DNA from: Candidatus Aenigmatarchaeota archaeon
GTDB taxonomy: Archaea > Aenigmatarchaeota > Aenigmatarchaeia > QMZP01 > JAFGSV01
Assembly (NCBI GenBank): GCA_016934325.1
Contig: JAFGSV010000012.1
Span: forward strand, 44,373-108,372
Direction of reading: 5' to 3'
DNA length: 64,000 nt
The notes under the pieces were generated by a model that was not told the DNA's origin, did not search any database, and worked only from the letters and a program-made list of their open reading frames with translations. Both the position numbers and the translations under genes were made by a program. Below are positions 9,286 through 19,163 of the stretch, in pieces (the first letter of the stretch is position 1; every line of letters begins with the position of its first letter).

Positions 9286-10446
9286 ATGAAGAAAGAAGCA
9301 TTGAAGGAGTTCAGGAAGCCAGAGGTCGCGGCGGTAGCCAAGGAAGTCCTCAAGAGGGGGCCCGTATGCGACAACTGCCTCGGCAGGCAGGCGGCACAGG
9401 TATCGACGGGCATGACCAACAGGGATAGGGGAAAGGCCTTGCGGCAGATGCTGGGGGCCGGCAGGGAGCCTGCGAAGTGCGGCGTGTGCATGGGTATATT
9501 CAAGAGGATTGACGGATACGCCGACGCAGCTGCCAAGAGGCTCGCCAAGCTCGAGTATGAGACATTCCTGGTAGGGACGAAGATGAGCTGCGATTTCATC
9601 CGATCCGAGGAGTCGCTGTGGGAGGACGTCGGCATAGACTACTGCGAATCGATAAGGTCCGAGCTCAACAGGGAGCTCGGGAAGCTGATATGGAAGAAGG
9701 TGAAGCATGAAGTCGACGAGAAGAGCCCGGACGTCCTGGTAATCCTGAATCTGGAAAAGGACAGGATCGACCTGCAAGTGAAGTCACTATTCATATCGGG
9801 AGGGTACAAGAAGCTCGTGCGGGGGATACCCCAGACGAAATGGGACAAGTACAGGGAGACGGTCGAGGACATCATCGCCGCGCCGCTGTTGAAGGCCACG
9901 GGGGGAGAAGGCCACTCCATGCACGCCGCCGGCAGGGAGGACATAGATGCCAGGTGCCTCGACTGGCGGCCTTTCGTATTCGAGATCAAGAACCCCGTCA
10001 GGAGGAAGATCGACCTGCGCTTGATGAGGGCCAAGATAAAGAAGTCCGGGAAGGTCGAGGTTTCAGGCCTTAGCTTCTCCGACAAGAAACAGGTTCCAAT
10101 CGTGAAGTCCATGAGGCACGACAAGACGTATTCGGTACTCGTTGAATTCGAGAGGCCCGTCAAGAGCATCGAGGCCGTCGAGGGTGTGAAGGGGTACGTC
10201 AGCCAGCGCACCCCGACGAGGGTGATGCACCGCAGGGCGGACCTGACGAGGAAGAGGAGGGTCATCGACATCAGTTGGAAGAGGATAAACAATAAAAACT
10301 TTGAGCTACAAATAAAAGGAGAAGCGGGATTATACGTGAAGGAGCTGGTGACCGGGGATTCGGGCAGGACGAAGCCCTCCATCGCCGGCCTGCTCGGGAA
10401 TCCTGCCGCAGTCAAGGCGCTTGACGTAATCAAGATTTGGGATTGA
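9286..10446 (+). CDS. pus10: tRNA pseudouridine(54/55) synthase Pus10
   Basis: CDNCLGRQ, GYKKLVRGIPQT, AAGREDIDARCL, QRTPTRV.HRR, AGLYVKELVTGD.GRT; upstream of rpl21e. Confidence 0.95.
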   Translation: MKKEALKEFRKPEVAAVAKEVLKRGPVCDNCLGRQAAQVSTGMTNRDRGKALRQMLGAGREPAKCGVCMGIFKRIDGYADAAAKRLAKLEYETFLVGTKMSCDFIRSEESLWEDVGIDYCESIRSELNRELGKLIWKKVKHEVDEKSPDVLVILNLEKDRIDLQVKSLFISGGYKKLVRGIPQTKWDKYRETVEDIIAAPLLKATGGEGHSMHAAGREDIDARCLDWRPFVFEIKNPVRRKIDLRLMRAKIKKSGKVEVSGLSFSDKKQVPIVKSMRHDKTYSVLVEFERPVKSIEAVEGVKGYVSQRTPTRVMHRRADLTRKRRVIDISWKRINNKNFELQIKGEAGLYVKELVTGDSGRTKPSIAGLLGNPAAVKALDVIKIWD

Positions 10447-10451
10447 TCGGA

Positions 10452-10748
10452 ATGGTGAAGGCATCCAGGGGACTGAGGACCGGGACGAGAAGGAAGCTAA
10501 GGAAGGACAGCAGGGCGAAGTTCACGATCACCCCGCACCTCAGGGTCTTCAAGGAAAGGGAAAGGGTGACCGTTAGGCCGAACCCACGTTCCCACGGGGG
10601 AATGCCTCACGCCAGGCTGCTTGGAGCTTCAGGCGTGGTCATAGGCAAGAGGGGCAGCGCGTACATCGTAGAGGTGAAGGTCGGGAACACCCACAAGACC
10701 ATCACGGCCAGGCCCGAGCACCTGCAGCCCGTCAAAGAGGGGGGATGA
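10452..10748 (+). CDS. rpl21e: 50S ribosomal protein L21e
   Basis: S.G.R.GTRRKLRK, GMPH.R..G..G.V.GKRG.AY, RPEHL. Confidence 0.96.
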   Translation: MVKASRGLRTGTRRKLRKDSRAKFTITPHLRVFKERERVTVRPNPRSHGGMPHARLLGASGVVIGKRGSAYIVEVKVGNTHKTITARPEHLQPVKEGG

Positions 10749-11083
10749 GACGGATGGAGATAAAGAGCGAGAAGTTCGTAACGCCGTACGAGGCCAGGAA
10801 GATACTGAAGAAGAGGGGAAAGGACACGGAGCTGAACTACGAGCAGAAGAACGCCATGGAATACCTGAACAAGTTCTGCAAGGTCCCCGAGAAGGAGATA
10901 GATGCGCTGGTGTCGGAGCTCAGCGGGATAGAGAGGCTGAACGACAAGCACATCGTCGGGATCGTCGGCATGATGCCCAAGGACGAGGAGGACCTGAGGC
11001 TGCTTTTCGCCAACGAGAGGATAGTGCTGGCTGACGAGGACAAGAAGAGGATAATCTCCGCGGTGAAGAAGCACGGCAAGTGA
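10745..11083 (+). CDS. rpoF: RNA polymerase subunit F (Rpo4)
   Basis: ELNYEQKNAMEYL.KF, MPKDEEDLRLLF; follows rpl21e as in most archaea. Confidence 0.92.
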   Translation: MRRMEIKSEKFVTPYEARKILKKRGKDTELNYEQKNAMEYLNKFCKVPEKEIDALVSELSGIERLNDKHIVGIVGMMPKDEEDLRLLFANERIVLADEDKKRIISAVKKHGK

Positions 11084-11232
11084 ACTTGCGCCAGCGCTTT
11101 TCACAAATCGGCATGCTCCATTGCATGATCTGTTCTTATATATCCGCTGGAGTAGCGATATCTTTATAAATGGATGCATGAAAGAATATATAACATTATT
11201 TCAGGTATAATCACTGTAAAGGAGTAAATAGA

Positions 11233-12222
11233 ATGTCATCCGAGGATGAAATGGGTATTGAAGCTGCCAAAGCAAGGAGGCAAAAAGTCAAGTGCCCGGA
11301 GTGCGGCAGCGAGAACATAAAGTACGATCCTTCTAAGGGCGAATCCGTCTGCATGAAGTGCGGGCTTGTCGTCGATGAGTCCATGATAGACTTCACACAG
11401 GAATGGAGGGCCTTCGACGAGGACCAGAGGAGCAGGAGGGTCAGGACGGGAGCGCCCCTGACGCCCACGAAGCACGACCAGGGCATAACGACGGAGATGG
11501 GCAAGGGAAGGGGCGAGCTCTTCAAGGTGGCGCCGAAGAAGAGGGCGCAGTACTACAGGCTCACGAAATGGCACAAGAGGCTCATCAAGTCCAAGGACAG
11601 GAATCTCTCTTTCGCTTTCTCGGAGCTGCAGAGGCTGGTATCGTACCTGGGCCTCTCCCAGTCCATACACGAGAGGGTCGCGAAGCTGTACGAGAAGGCG
11701 GTCGACGGGGGACTCGTCAGGGGCAGGAGCACGGAATCCATCATAGCGGCCCTGCTGTACACGGTATGCAGGGAGGAAGGCGCCCCGAGGACCCTTGACG
11801 AGATATCCAAGGCGAGCGGAATAAACAGGAGGGACATAGGGAAGACGTACAGGTACGTCGCCAGGAAGCTCGACATGAGGATACTGCCCGCGAAGTCCCA
11901 GGATTACGTTCCCAGGTTCGGCTCTCTGCTGGGGCTTTCCGAGAAGGTCCAGGTGAGGGCAGTCCATGTGCTCGACCAGGCCAGCCAGTTCGACGTCACG
12001 TCGGGCAAGGGGCCCATCGGGGTCGCGGCCGCCGCGTTGTACATCGCAGCAGTTCTCGAGGGCGAGAAGAAGACCCAGAGGGAGGTCGCGGACGCGATAG
12101 GCGTCACCGAGGTCACGATCAGGAACAGGTACAAGGAGATCATAGAGAAGCTCGGCATCAAGGACGAGGTCGAGGAGAAAGTGAAGGAAGACGAGGAACA
12201 GCAGCAGAGCAACAAGAAATGA
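11233..12222 (+). CDS. tfb: Transcription initiation factor IIB (TFB)
   Basis: CPECGS..VCMKCGLV Zn ribbon, EWRAF, RTGAP, GLVRGRS, VTEVTIRNRYKE. Confidence 0.97.
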   Translation: MSSEDEMGIEAAKARRQKVKCPECGSENIKYDPSKGESVCMKCGLVVDESMIDFTQEWRAFDEDQRSRRVRTGAPLTPTKHDQGITTEMGKGRGELFKVAPKKRAQYYRLTKWHKRLIKSKDRNLSFAFSELQRLVSYLGLSQSIHERVAKLYEKAVDGGLVRGRSTESIIAALLYTVCREEGAPRTLDEISKASGINRRDIGKTYRYVARKLDMRILPAKSQDYVPRFGSLLGLSEKVQVRAVHVLDQASQFDVTSGKGPIGVAAAALYIAAVLEGEKKTQREVADAIGVTEVTIRNRYKEIIEKLGIKDEVEEKVKEDEEQQQSNKK

Positions 12223-12357
12223 TGATTACCGCTCTCCGCCGCACCATGCACCAACCCCTTTTCTGAATTTTCCGTCAAGGAATAAGACCAATCACGGTGG
12301 GAAAGGGCCCGGAAAAACTTTTAATAAACAAACACCGATTCTATATGAGGTGTTCGA

Positions 12358-14199
12358 ATGCTTGACGAGGAGAACAGGAAGAAGCTCGAGGCATTGGGCA
12401 ACAGGCACGTCATGCGCAAGGTTCATGAGGCCATCGGGCTGTGCAAGCCCGCGAAGGTCATGGTCGTAACCGATTCGGACGATGAGGTTGCCAGGATCCG
12501 CCAGCTCTCCATGGACATGGGAGAGGAGAGGCCGCTGGCGGCGAAGGGCCACACGGTCCATTACGACGGATATTTCGACCAGGCCAGGGACAAGGCCAAC
12601 ACGAGGATCCTCATCCCGGCGGGTAAGAGTATAAGCAGGTACATCAAGACCGCCGACCGGAAGTCGGGGCTGAAGGAAGTGCTTGGATTCCTTGACGGCA
12701 GCATGAGCGGCAAGGAGATGTACGTCCGCTTCTTCTGCCTCGGGCCGGTGAATTCGAGATTCTCCATACCCGCCCTGCAGATAACGGATTCCCTCTATGT
12801 CGCCCACAGCGAGGACATACTCTACAGGAAAGGGTACGAGCAGTTCAAGCGGCTCAATGGGTCCGGCAGCTTCTTCTTTTTCCTCCATTCAGCGGGGAAG
12901 CTTGAGAACGGCGTCTGCGCCGAGATCGACAAGAGGCGCATATACATAGACCTCGAGACAGACAGCGTCTATACCGTCAACAACCAGTACGCGGGCAACA
13001 GCCTCGGCCTGAAGAAGCTCGCGATGAGGCTGGGGATACAGAAGGCCGCGCGCGAGGGCTGGATGCTCGAGCACATGTTCATAATGGCCGCCCACAGGCC
13101 GGCCGGCAGGAAGACCTATTTCACGGGGGCCTTCCCGAGCGCGTGCGGGAAGACGTCCACAGCGATGATCAGGGGACAGACCATAGTAGCTGATGACATC
13201 GCATACCTAAGGCCCTGGAGCGACGGGACCCTGCATGCGGTGAACGTCGAGCAGGGGATCTTCGGCATAATCGAGAACGTGAACCCGCACGACGACCCTG
13301 TCATCCACAAGGCCCTGACGACCCCGAGGGAGCTCATACTTTCGAACGTCCTTACCGTTGGCGGAAAGGCGTACTGGCTCGGCATGGGCAAGCCCCTTCC
13401 GGAACATGGCATCAACTACAGCGGGGAGTGGCACAAGGGCAAGAGGGGCCCCGACGGGAGGGAGATCCCGCCAGCGAACAAGAACGCCAGGTACACCATA
13501 AGGCTGCAGGAGCTTGACAACGTGGACGACAGGGCCGAGGACCCGTCCGGCGTTCCGATCGCGGGCTTCATATTCGGCGGCAGGGATTCCAATACGAGCG
13601 TCCCCGTCTCTCAGTCGCTAAGCTGGGCGCACGGGGTCCTGCTGGCGGCCAGCCTCGAATCGGAGACGACCGCGGCCACATTGGGCAAGGTTGGCGAGCT
13701 ATCACACAGCCCCATGGCGAACATGGACTTCCTGTCCATACCGCTGGGGATGTACATAGGCAATTACCTAAAGATAGGGAAGAGCGTCAAGAAGCCGCCG
13801 CTGATATTCTCGGTCAACTACTTCCTTAAGGACGAGGGCGGCGAGTTCATGAACAGCAAGCTGGACAAGAAGGTCTGGCTGCTGTGGATGGAGGGGAGGG
13901 CCCATGGGGATTTCGGTGCGATAGAGACCCCGGTAGGATATATCCCCAGGCTCGCCGACCTGCAGGGGCTGTTCAGGCAGGTCTTCGGCAGGAGATACAC
14001 ACGAGGAGAGTACGAGCGCCAGTTCTCGATCAGGCTCACCAGGTTCGCCGAGAAGTTCGCCAGGATCGAGGAGATATACGCGGAGGAGCCCGGGATACCG
14101 GACGAGTTCAGGGCCGAGCTGGCGAGCCAGAGGGAGAGGCTGCAGGAAGCCCGGGAAAGGTTCGGGAAGGACGAGGTCTCTCCAAGCGAGTTCGAATAG
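12358..14199 (+). CDS. pckG: Phosphoenolpyruvate carboxykinase (GTP)
   Basis: LQITDS.YVAHS, YAGNSLGLKK, WMLEHMFI, AFPSACGKTSTAM, VADDIAY, NARYT, FGGRD. Confidence 0.95.
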   Translation: MLDEENRKKLEALGNRHVMRKVHEAIGLCKPAKVMVVTDSDDEVARIRQLSMDMGEERPLAAKGHTVHYDGYFDQARDKANTRILIPAGKSISRYIKTADRKSGLKEVLGFLDGSMSGKEMYVRFFCLGPVNSRFSIPALQITDSLYVAHSEDILYRKGYEQFKRLNGSGSFFFFLHSAGKLENGVCAEIDKRRIYIDLETDSVYTVNNQYAGNSLGLKKLAMRLGIQKAAREGWMLEHMFIMAAHRPAGRKTYFTGAFPSACGKTSTAMIRGQTIVADDIAYLRPWSDGTLHAVNVEQGIFGIIENVNPHDDPVIHKALTTPRELILSNVLTVGGKAYWLGMGKPLPEHGINYSGEWHKGKRGPDGREIPPANKNARYTIRLQELDNVDDRAEDPSGVPIAGFIFGGRDSNTSVPVSQSLSWAHGVLLAASLESETTAATLGKVGELSHSPMANMDFLSIPLGMYIGNYLKIGKSVKKPPLIFSVNYFLKDEGGEFMNSKLDKKVWLLWMEGRAHGDFGAIETPVGYIPRLADLQGLFRQVFGRRYTRGEYERQFSIRLTRFAEKFARIEEIYAEEPGIPDEFRAELASQRERLQEARERFGKDEVSPSEFE

Positions 14200-14311
14200 A
14201 GCCTGGAAGAATGGCGGCTTAATATATAATATGACTACCTTTCAAAAGTTGTTTACCGTTAATCCTTATTTAAAATTTATTCTCATTTTATCATCTTATG
14301 GGGGATTGTTC

Positions 14312-14554
14312 ATGCATGTAAATGTGAATGTATTGAGAGGCCATAGATTCATAGCAGATACTGTAGAAAATACTCCCAGAACTTGTGAATTGTGCACTTA
14401 TAATAATGATGGCGGACAGTATACTGGTGATTGCCCATATTTTTCGATTATTTTTTCTGTTCCAAGAACCAAAGAGAATATGCATCAATTGGAGGGAAAA
14501 GCGCCTGGAAATTACTGCTATAAGTGGGAATTCGGCTTAGCCGGCGAAGATTGA
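14312..14554 (+). CDS. Small Cys-containing hypothetical protein (80 aa) in an AT-rich patch
   Basis: ATG after GGGGGA SD-like motif; CELC...C...C; composition markedly more AT-rich than the flanks. Confidence 0.5.
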   Translation: MHVNVNVLRGHRFIADTVENTPRTCELCTYNNDGGQYTGDCPYFSIIFSVPRTKENMHQLEGKAPGNYCYKWEFGLAGED

Positions 14555-14601
14555 TTTTTATTCCCCCTCCAATGACATCCTGAACGCCTTTCTGACGATC
14601 A

Positions 14602-16380
14602 TCACGAATAGTAGTAATCTCCTTTCTCCTTCTGCTCCCTGTCCAGCACCGAGTCCGGCTTGTTCGCTCTCGCCCTGCCGGTGTGGGGGTCCCTGCGGAA
14701 GGTGATGTTCAGCTTCTTGAGGAAGCTGTTCATGCCGTCACGAAGGTTGGTCGGGGCATGCCCGAACCCCTTCTTCCCCCGTTCGCCCTCGAAGACCATC
14801 ACCCTGTCGGCGACAGCGTCGATGATCTGCAGGTCGTGGTCGACGATGAAAGCGGCAACCTCCATGCCCTCCACGACCTCCCTGATCAGCTTGGCCACCC
14901 TGAGCCTCTGCTCCACGTCAAGGAAGGCCGTCGGCTCGTCTAGCAGCAGGATATCGAAGTCCTTTCCCAGGTTTGCTGCTATAAGGACCGCCTGCGCCTC
15001 CCCGCCCGAAAGGTTTCCCATCTTCCTCTCGAACAGCTTCTCGAGCTCGAGAACGCGCACGATCCTCTTGCTCCGCTTGCTGCCGGGGTCGATCTCCCCG
15101 GCAAGGTATTCCCTCACCGTCATCTCGGATTGCTCGTCGCCCAGCTCGATGCGCTGGGGCTTGTAAGCCAGCCTGAGGTCCTTGATACCCACGCCTTGAT
15201 TGGGCTTGACTTTGCCTGTCAGCATGTTGATGAAGGTCGTCTTGCCTGTGGCATTCGGGCCTAGGATCCCAATGATCTCCCCCTTGCAAAGGGTCGATCC
15301 CTCAGTCGCCATGGAGAAGGGGCCGAAGCTCTTCTTGTATGCCGGGAACCTGAGGAAGGCCTGGGTCTTGAGCGACTCGGCCGCCCCCTTGCTGAAGACT
15401 ATGCTCTCATCCCTGAACCTGACGTTCTCCTCCTTCACGTAGCCTTCGAGGTAGGTGTTGATGCCCGTCCTCACCCCCTGGGGCTTCGATATTATCCCGA
15501 AGCAGGCGGGCTTCCCGTAAAGGATATGCACTTGATCCGCCAGGTAGTCCGCCACCGCGAGGTCGTGCTCGACGACCATGACCATGCTATCTTGGGAAAG
15601 CTTCCTTATCTCCCTGGCGACGATGAGCCTCTGCTCCACGTCCAGGAACGAGCTAGGCTCGTCGAAGAAGTACAGCCCGGCGTCCTTGAGCAGGGTCGCG
15701 GCCACGGCAAGCAGCTGCAGCTCGCCCCCCGACATGCTTCGCAGGTCCTTGTCGAGCAAAGGTGCGAGGTTCAGGCCTTCCCTGACGGACGACAGCCTTC
15801 CCCTCTCATCAACCTTGCTGAGCAGCTCGCCCGCCTTGCCCTTCCACATCCTGGGTATGGAATCGATGTTCTGCGGCTTGTATGCGACCTTGACCCCCCT
15901 TTCCTTGAGCTTCGTAAGGTAGTCCTGCAGCTCGCTGCCCTTGAACATCCCGATTATCTGATCCCATGGTATGCTCTTCCCCAGCATCCCCGTGTTCGGC
16001 TTCAGCTCCCCCGACAGGATCTTCAGGGCCGTCGATTTCCCCACGCCGTTCTGGCCGATGAGCCCAACGACCAGCCTTCTCCTGGGCACTGGCAGCCGGA
16101 AGAGGACGAACTGGTTCCTGCCGTACCTGTGCACGGGGGTCTCGTGCAGCTCCCGGGGCAGGTTTATGATGCTTATCGCCAGGGTCGGGCACTTGTTGGA
16201 GCAGATGCCGCAGCCGACGCACAGGTCCTCGTCTATCAGGGGCTTCTTGTCCGCCTCGTTTACGGTTATGCAGTCGTCCCCCGACCTGTTTATGGGGCAC
16301 ATCCTCTTGCACAGGTGGTTGCACACGCTCGGCTTGCACGCCTCCCTGTCTATGACGGCTATCCTCTTGGTCATACCCAT
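14602..16380 (-). CDS. rli: Ribosome recycling ATPase ABCE1 (RLI)
   Basis: N-terminal Fe-S domain (C.P..C...C...CP; CVGCGICSNKCP), two ABC domains (GQNGVGKST, GPNATGKTT), TFRRD...GR.R.NK..S..DREQK. Confidence 0.96.
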   Translation of the reverse strand: MGMTKRIAVIDREACKPSVCNHLCKRMCPINRSGDDCITVNEADKKPLIDEDLCVGCGICSNKCPTLAISIINLPRELHETPVHRYGRNQFVLFRLPVPRRRLVVGLIGQNGVGKSTALKILSGELKPNTGMLGKSIPWDQIIGMFKGSELQDYLTKLKERGVKVAYKPQNIDSIPRMWKGKAGELLSKVDERGRLSSVREGLNLAPLLDKDLRSMSGGELQLLAVAATLLKDAGLYFFDEPSSFLDVEQRLIVAREIRKLSQDSMVMVVEHDLAVADYLADQVHILYGKPACFGIISKPQGVRTGINTYLEGYVKEENVRFRDESIVFSKGAAESLKTQAFLRFPAYKKSFGPFSMATEGSTLCKGEIIGILGPNATGKTTFINMLTGKVKPNQGVGIKDLRLAYKPQRIELGDEQSEMTVREYLAGEIDPGSKRSKRIVRVLELEKLFERKMGNLSGGEAQAVLIAANLGKDFDILLLDEPTAFLDVEQRLRVAKLIREVVEGMEVAAFIVDHDLQIIDAVADRVMVFEGERGKKGFGHAPTNLRDGMNSFLKKLNITFRRDPHTGRARANKPDSVLDREQKEKGDYYYS

Positions 16381-16886
16381 CAGGCGCTCCTGAAGACGCT
16401 GAACTCGACATCCTTCCTGAACATCCGCATTATTATGCTCCTCATGTCATCCACTGGCACCCTGGGACCCGGCCCCTTGCCCGTCAGGACCCTCAGCACC
16501 TCGCCCTGCGGCCTGTAGACAACGTTGATGCCGTGCACGGGAACGGGATGGAGCAGGTCTGTTATGAATGCGCGCATATCACCCCCGCTCTCGACTATCC
16601 TGACGGGCTTGCCGAGCTCCTTCTCCAGCTTCTTCACGGTCAGCCCGCTCTTGCCGATTATCCTTGCGGCGTCCCCCCTGGCGCAGACTATCGCAAGCAT
16701 GCTGTCCGATTCGAACGCGCGCTGCATGTCGATGTCCCTGAGCGACTTGATGCTGCCGGAGAGCCGCAGCAGGGCCCTGGCCACCTTGATGTCAGTTTCG
16801 GTGACCCGGCCGCTCTCGAACTTCTCCAGGCAGGTCCTGCACAGGATTCCCGACTTTAGGCAGACGCCGCATATGGGTGCCTTCAT
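16380..16886 (-). CDS. NusA-like KH-domain protein with N-terminal Zn motif
   Basis: KAPICGVCLKSGILCRTC, KH motif IIGKSG..VKKLEKELGK.VRIVE; TGATG-coupled to ABCE1. Confidence 0.85.
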   Translation of the reverse strand: MKAPICGVCLKSGILCRTCLEKFESGRVTETDIKVARALLRLSGSIKSLRDIDMQRAFESDSMLAIVCARGDAARIIGKSGLTVKKLEKELGKPVRIVESGGDMRAFITDLLHPVPVHGINVVYRPQGEVLRVLTGKGPGPRVPVDDMRSIIMRMFRKDVEFSVFRSA

Positions 16887-17046
16887 GAATATCAAATCCT
16901 TCCCGAATTTATATTAGCCGGCATTTGCAGGCACAGTTATCAAAGCTTTATACTGTACGGATGCCGGTAACCTTAATGTTAATCTGCCGGTTTTTTAAGC
17001 ACGACGAATCAACAATATTTCAGGGCCTGCAAACAGGGCGGTTGAC

Positions 17047-17880
17047 ATGCCAAGCAAGAGGAAGGAACGGAAGAACCCCATGATGGGTCATGGCCACAGG
17101 GCAGTTGACTGGCCCGTAACCATAAAGAGGTCTGCCCGGTTCTGCTTCGAGCCCAAGAGGTTCCTGCCCTTCTTCATCACCGACGCCCTTGTGATAACCA
17201 TCGCGTTCCTGCTCATAGGCGGCGCTGCCATGCCTTACGGGGGCCTTGCCGCCGGGTCCCTGCCGCTTGAAGCGGACTCGGCGATCGTGATGCTCGCAAT
17301 CCTCATCATCGCATGGTTCCTCGCTTCTCTGTGGATAACGGGCGCCGTCATCCATCAGAGCTCGAAGCCCAATGAGTTCGACAGGAGCTGGCTCGTGTCG
17401 GCGCGCATGTATCCGAACCTGCTAGCAGCGACAGCAATCGTGGCGGTCATCACGATCATCCTGTCATCGGTGCCTCAGGTGGGGCTGCTGCTTTCCATCG
17501 TCGCTTCGCTGGCCTTCCTTCTCGTGAGCCAGTTCGTCATCGTCGGCGGCATGAAATTCCATCAGGCACTGTCAATGAGCTTGAAAACGCTCAGGTACAA
17601 GTTCCTCGCGGTATTCCTCTCGTGGCTCATCGGGGGCCTGCTATCCCTGGCGATAATGCTGGTTTTCGCATCGCCGCTGATAGCGACGGTATTCTATTTC
17701 GTGGCCACGTACGGAATGGAGGACGCGATACTTTACATGATGGTTTCCCTTGATTGGAGCGTCATCTACGCAGAATCCGGCATCCTGCTTCTGGGCTTAT
17801 CCATATCCAGGACGTTCGGCCTGAATTTCCTGACGGACGTGTACCTGCAGCTCAACAGGAAGAGGTTCTTCATATTCTAG
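17047..17880 (+). CDS. Polytopic membrane protein of unknown function
   Basis: About six hydrophobic helices; GC-rich codon style like neighbouring core genes. Confidence 0.7.
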   Translation: MPSKRKERKNPMMGHGHRAVDWPVTIKRSARFCFEPKRFLPFFITDALVITIAFLLIGGAAMPYGGLAAGSLPLEADSAIVMLAILIIAWFLASLWITGAVIHQSSKPNEFDRSWLVSARMYPNLLAATAIVAVITIILSSVPQVGLLLSIVASLAFLLVSQFVIVGGMKFHQALSMSLKTLRYKFLAVFLSWLIGGLLSLAIMLVFASPLIATVFYFVATYGMEDAILYMMVSLDWSVIYAESGILLLGLSISRTFGLNFLTDVYLQLNRKRFFIF

Positions 17881-17974
17881 GCTTGCCGGGGTGAAGCGCG
17901 GCTGGGCGCGCGGTATGCGGCATCCCGATGCGATCGCGGTATATAATTTAAATCAACGACTGAAGATTTATACT

Positions 17975-19135
17975 ATGCTCGTAGGGCTCGTCGGCGTCCC
18001 CAACTGCGGGAAATCCACAATGCTGAAGGCACTCACACTGGCGGATGTGCAGATCGCGAACTACCCATTCACGACAATCCAGCCGAACCAGTCGGTCGGC
18101 CATGTCATCAAGGACTGCGCCTGCAAGAAGCTGGGGGTGAGGTGCAACCCCCAGAACTCGAAGTGCGTGGGGGGCAAGAGGTGGATACCCGTCAAGCTGT
18201 TGGATGTTGCCGGTCTAGTACCTGGAGCCCACACTGGGAAGGGCCTAGGAAACCAGTTCCTCGACGACCTCCGCCAGGCGGACGGCCTCATCCACGTCCT
18301 GGACGTCTCGGGGCTGACGGATTCCGAGGGCAAGCCCAGGACCGATGATGACAGATTTGACCCCGAGGAGAACATCAAGGTCCTGGAGCAGGAGATAGAC
18401 GAATGGCTGCACGGGATCGTCCGGAAGAACATGGAGAAGGTCGAGACGCTGGCGAGGATGAAGAAGGTGCCCTTGGCGAGGCTGCTCGCGGAGAAGCTAT
18501 CGGGCCTGGGCATTACGGAGGAGGACATAAAGAGCGCCATGAGGCAGAGCGAGCTTGGCAGCAGAGAATTCGCCACCATCCTGCGGAGGGAATCGAAGCC
18601 CATGATCATAGCGGCGAACAAGATCGACCTGCCGGGGGCCGAGGAGAACTTCGGCAGGGTCAGGAAGGGCCACAGGAACGTCATCCCGGCCTCGGCCGAA
18701 TCCGAGCTGGCGCTGAGAGAGGCCGCCGAGCACGGGCTCATCGAGTACGAGCCGGGCGACCCCGATTTCAGGGAGAACGCCGGGAAGCTTACCGACAAGC
18801 AAATCGAGGCCCTCGGTTTCATCAGGGACAATGTCCTGCGGAAGCACGGCTCCACGGGCATCCAGCAGGCGCTGAACTCCCTCGTTTTCGACATGCTCCA
18901 ATACATCGTGGTCTACCCAGTCGCGAGCATGAGCAAGTATGCCGACAAGAAGGGCAACGTCCTTCCTGACGCCCATCTGGTGAAGAGGGGGACGACGCTG
19001 AAGGAGCTCGCGGGCAGGGTGCATTCGGACATGGCGGACAAGTTCATAGGCGGGCTCGACGTCGACAAGAAGAAGGTGGGGGCCGACCACGTGCTGCGCG
19101 ACGGAGAGGTGGTTGAAATCCTCTTCTCCCGATAG
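17975..19135 (+). CDS. ychF: Obg-family ATPase YchF/OLA1 (archaeal type, TGS domain)
   Basis: GVPNCGKST, ANYPFTTI.PN, DVAGLVPGAH.G.GLGNQFLDDL, NKID, LPDAHL...G.T, L.DG.VVEI. Confidence 0.93.
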   Translation: MLVGLVGVPNCGKSTMLKALTLADVQIANYPFTTIQPNQSVGHVIKDCACKKLGVRCNPQNSKCVGGKRWIPVKLLDVAGLVPGAHTGKGLGNQFLDDLRQADGLIHVLDVSGLTDSEGKPRTDDDRFDPEENIKVLEQEIDEWLHGIVRKNMEKVETLARMKKVPLARLLAEKLSGLGITEEDIKSAMRQSELGSREFATILRRESKPMIIAANKIDLPGAEENFGRVRKGHRNVIPASAESELALREAAEHGLIEYEPGDPDFRENAGKLTDKQIEALGFIRDNVLRKHGSTGIQQALNSLVFDMLQYIVVYPVASMSKYADKKGNVLPDAHLVKRGTTLKELAGRVHSDMADKFIGGLDVDKKKVGADHVLRDGEVVEILFSR

Positions 19136-19163
19136 CCGTCTGATTAAGCCTCTTTTTTCTTCA

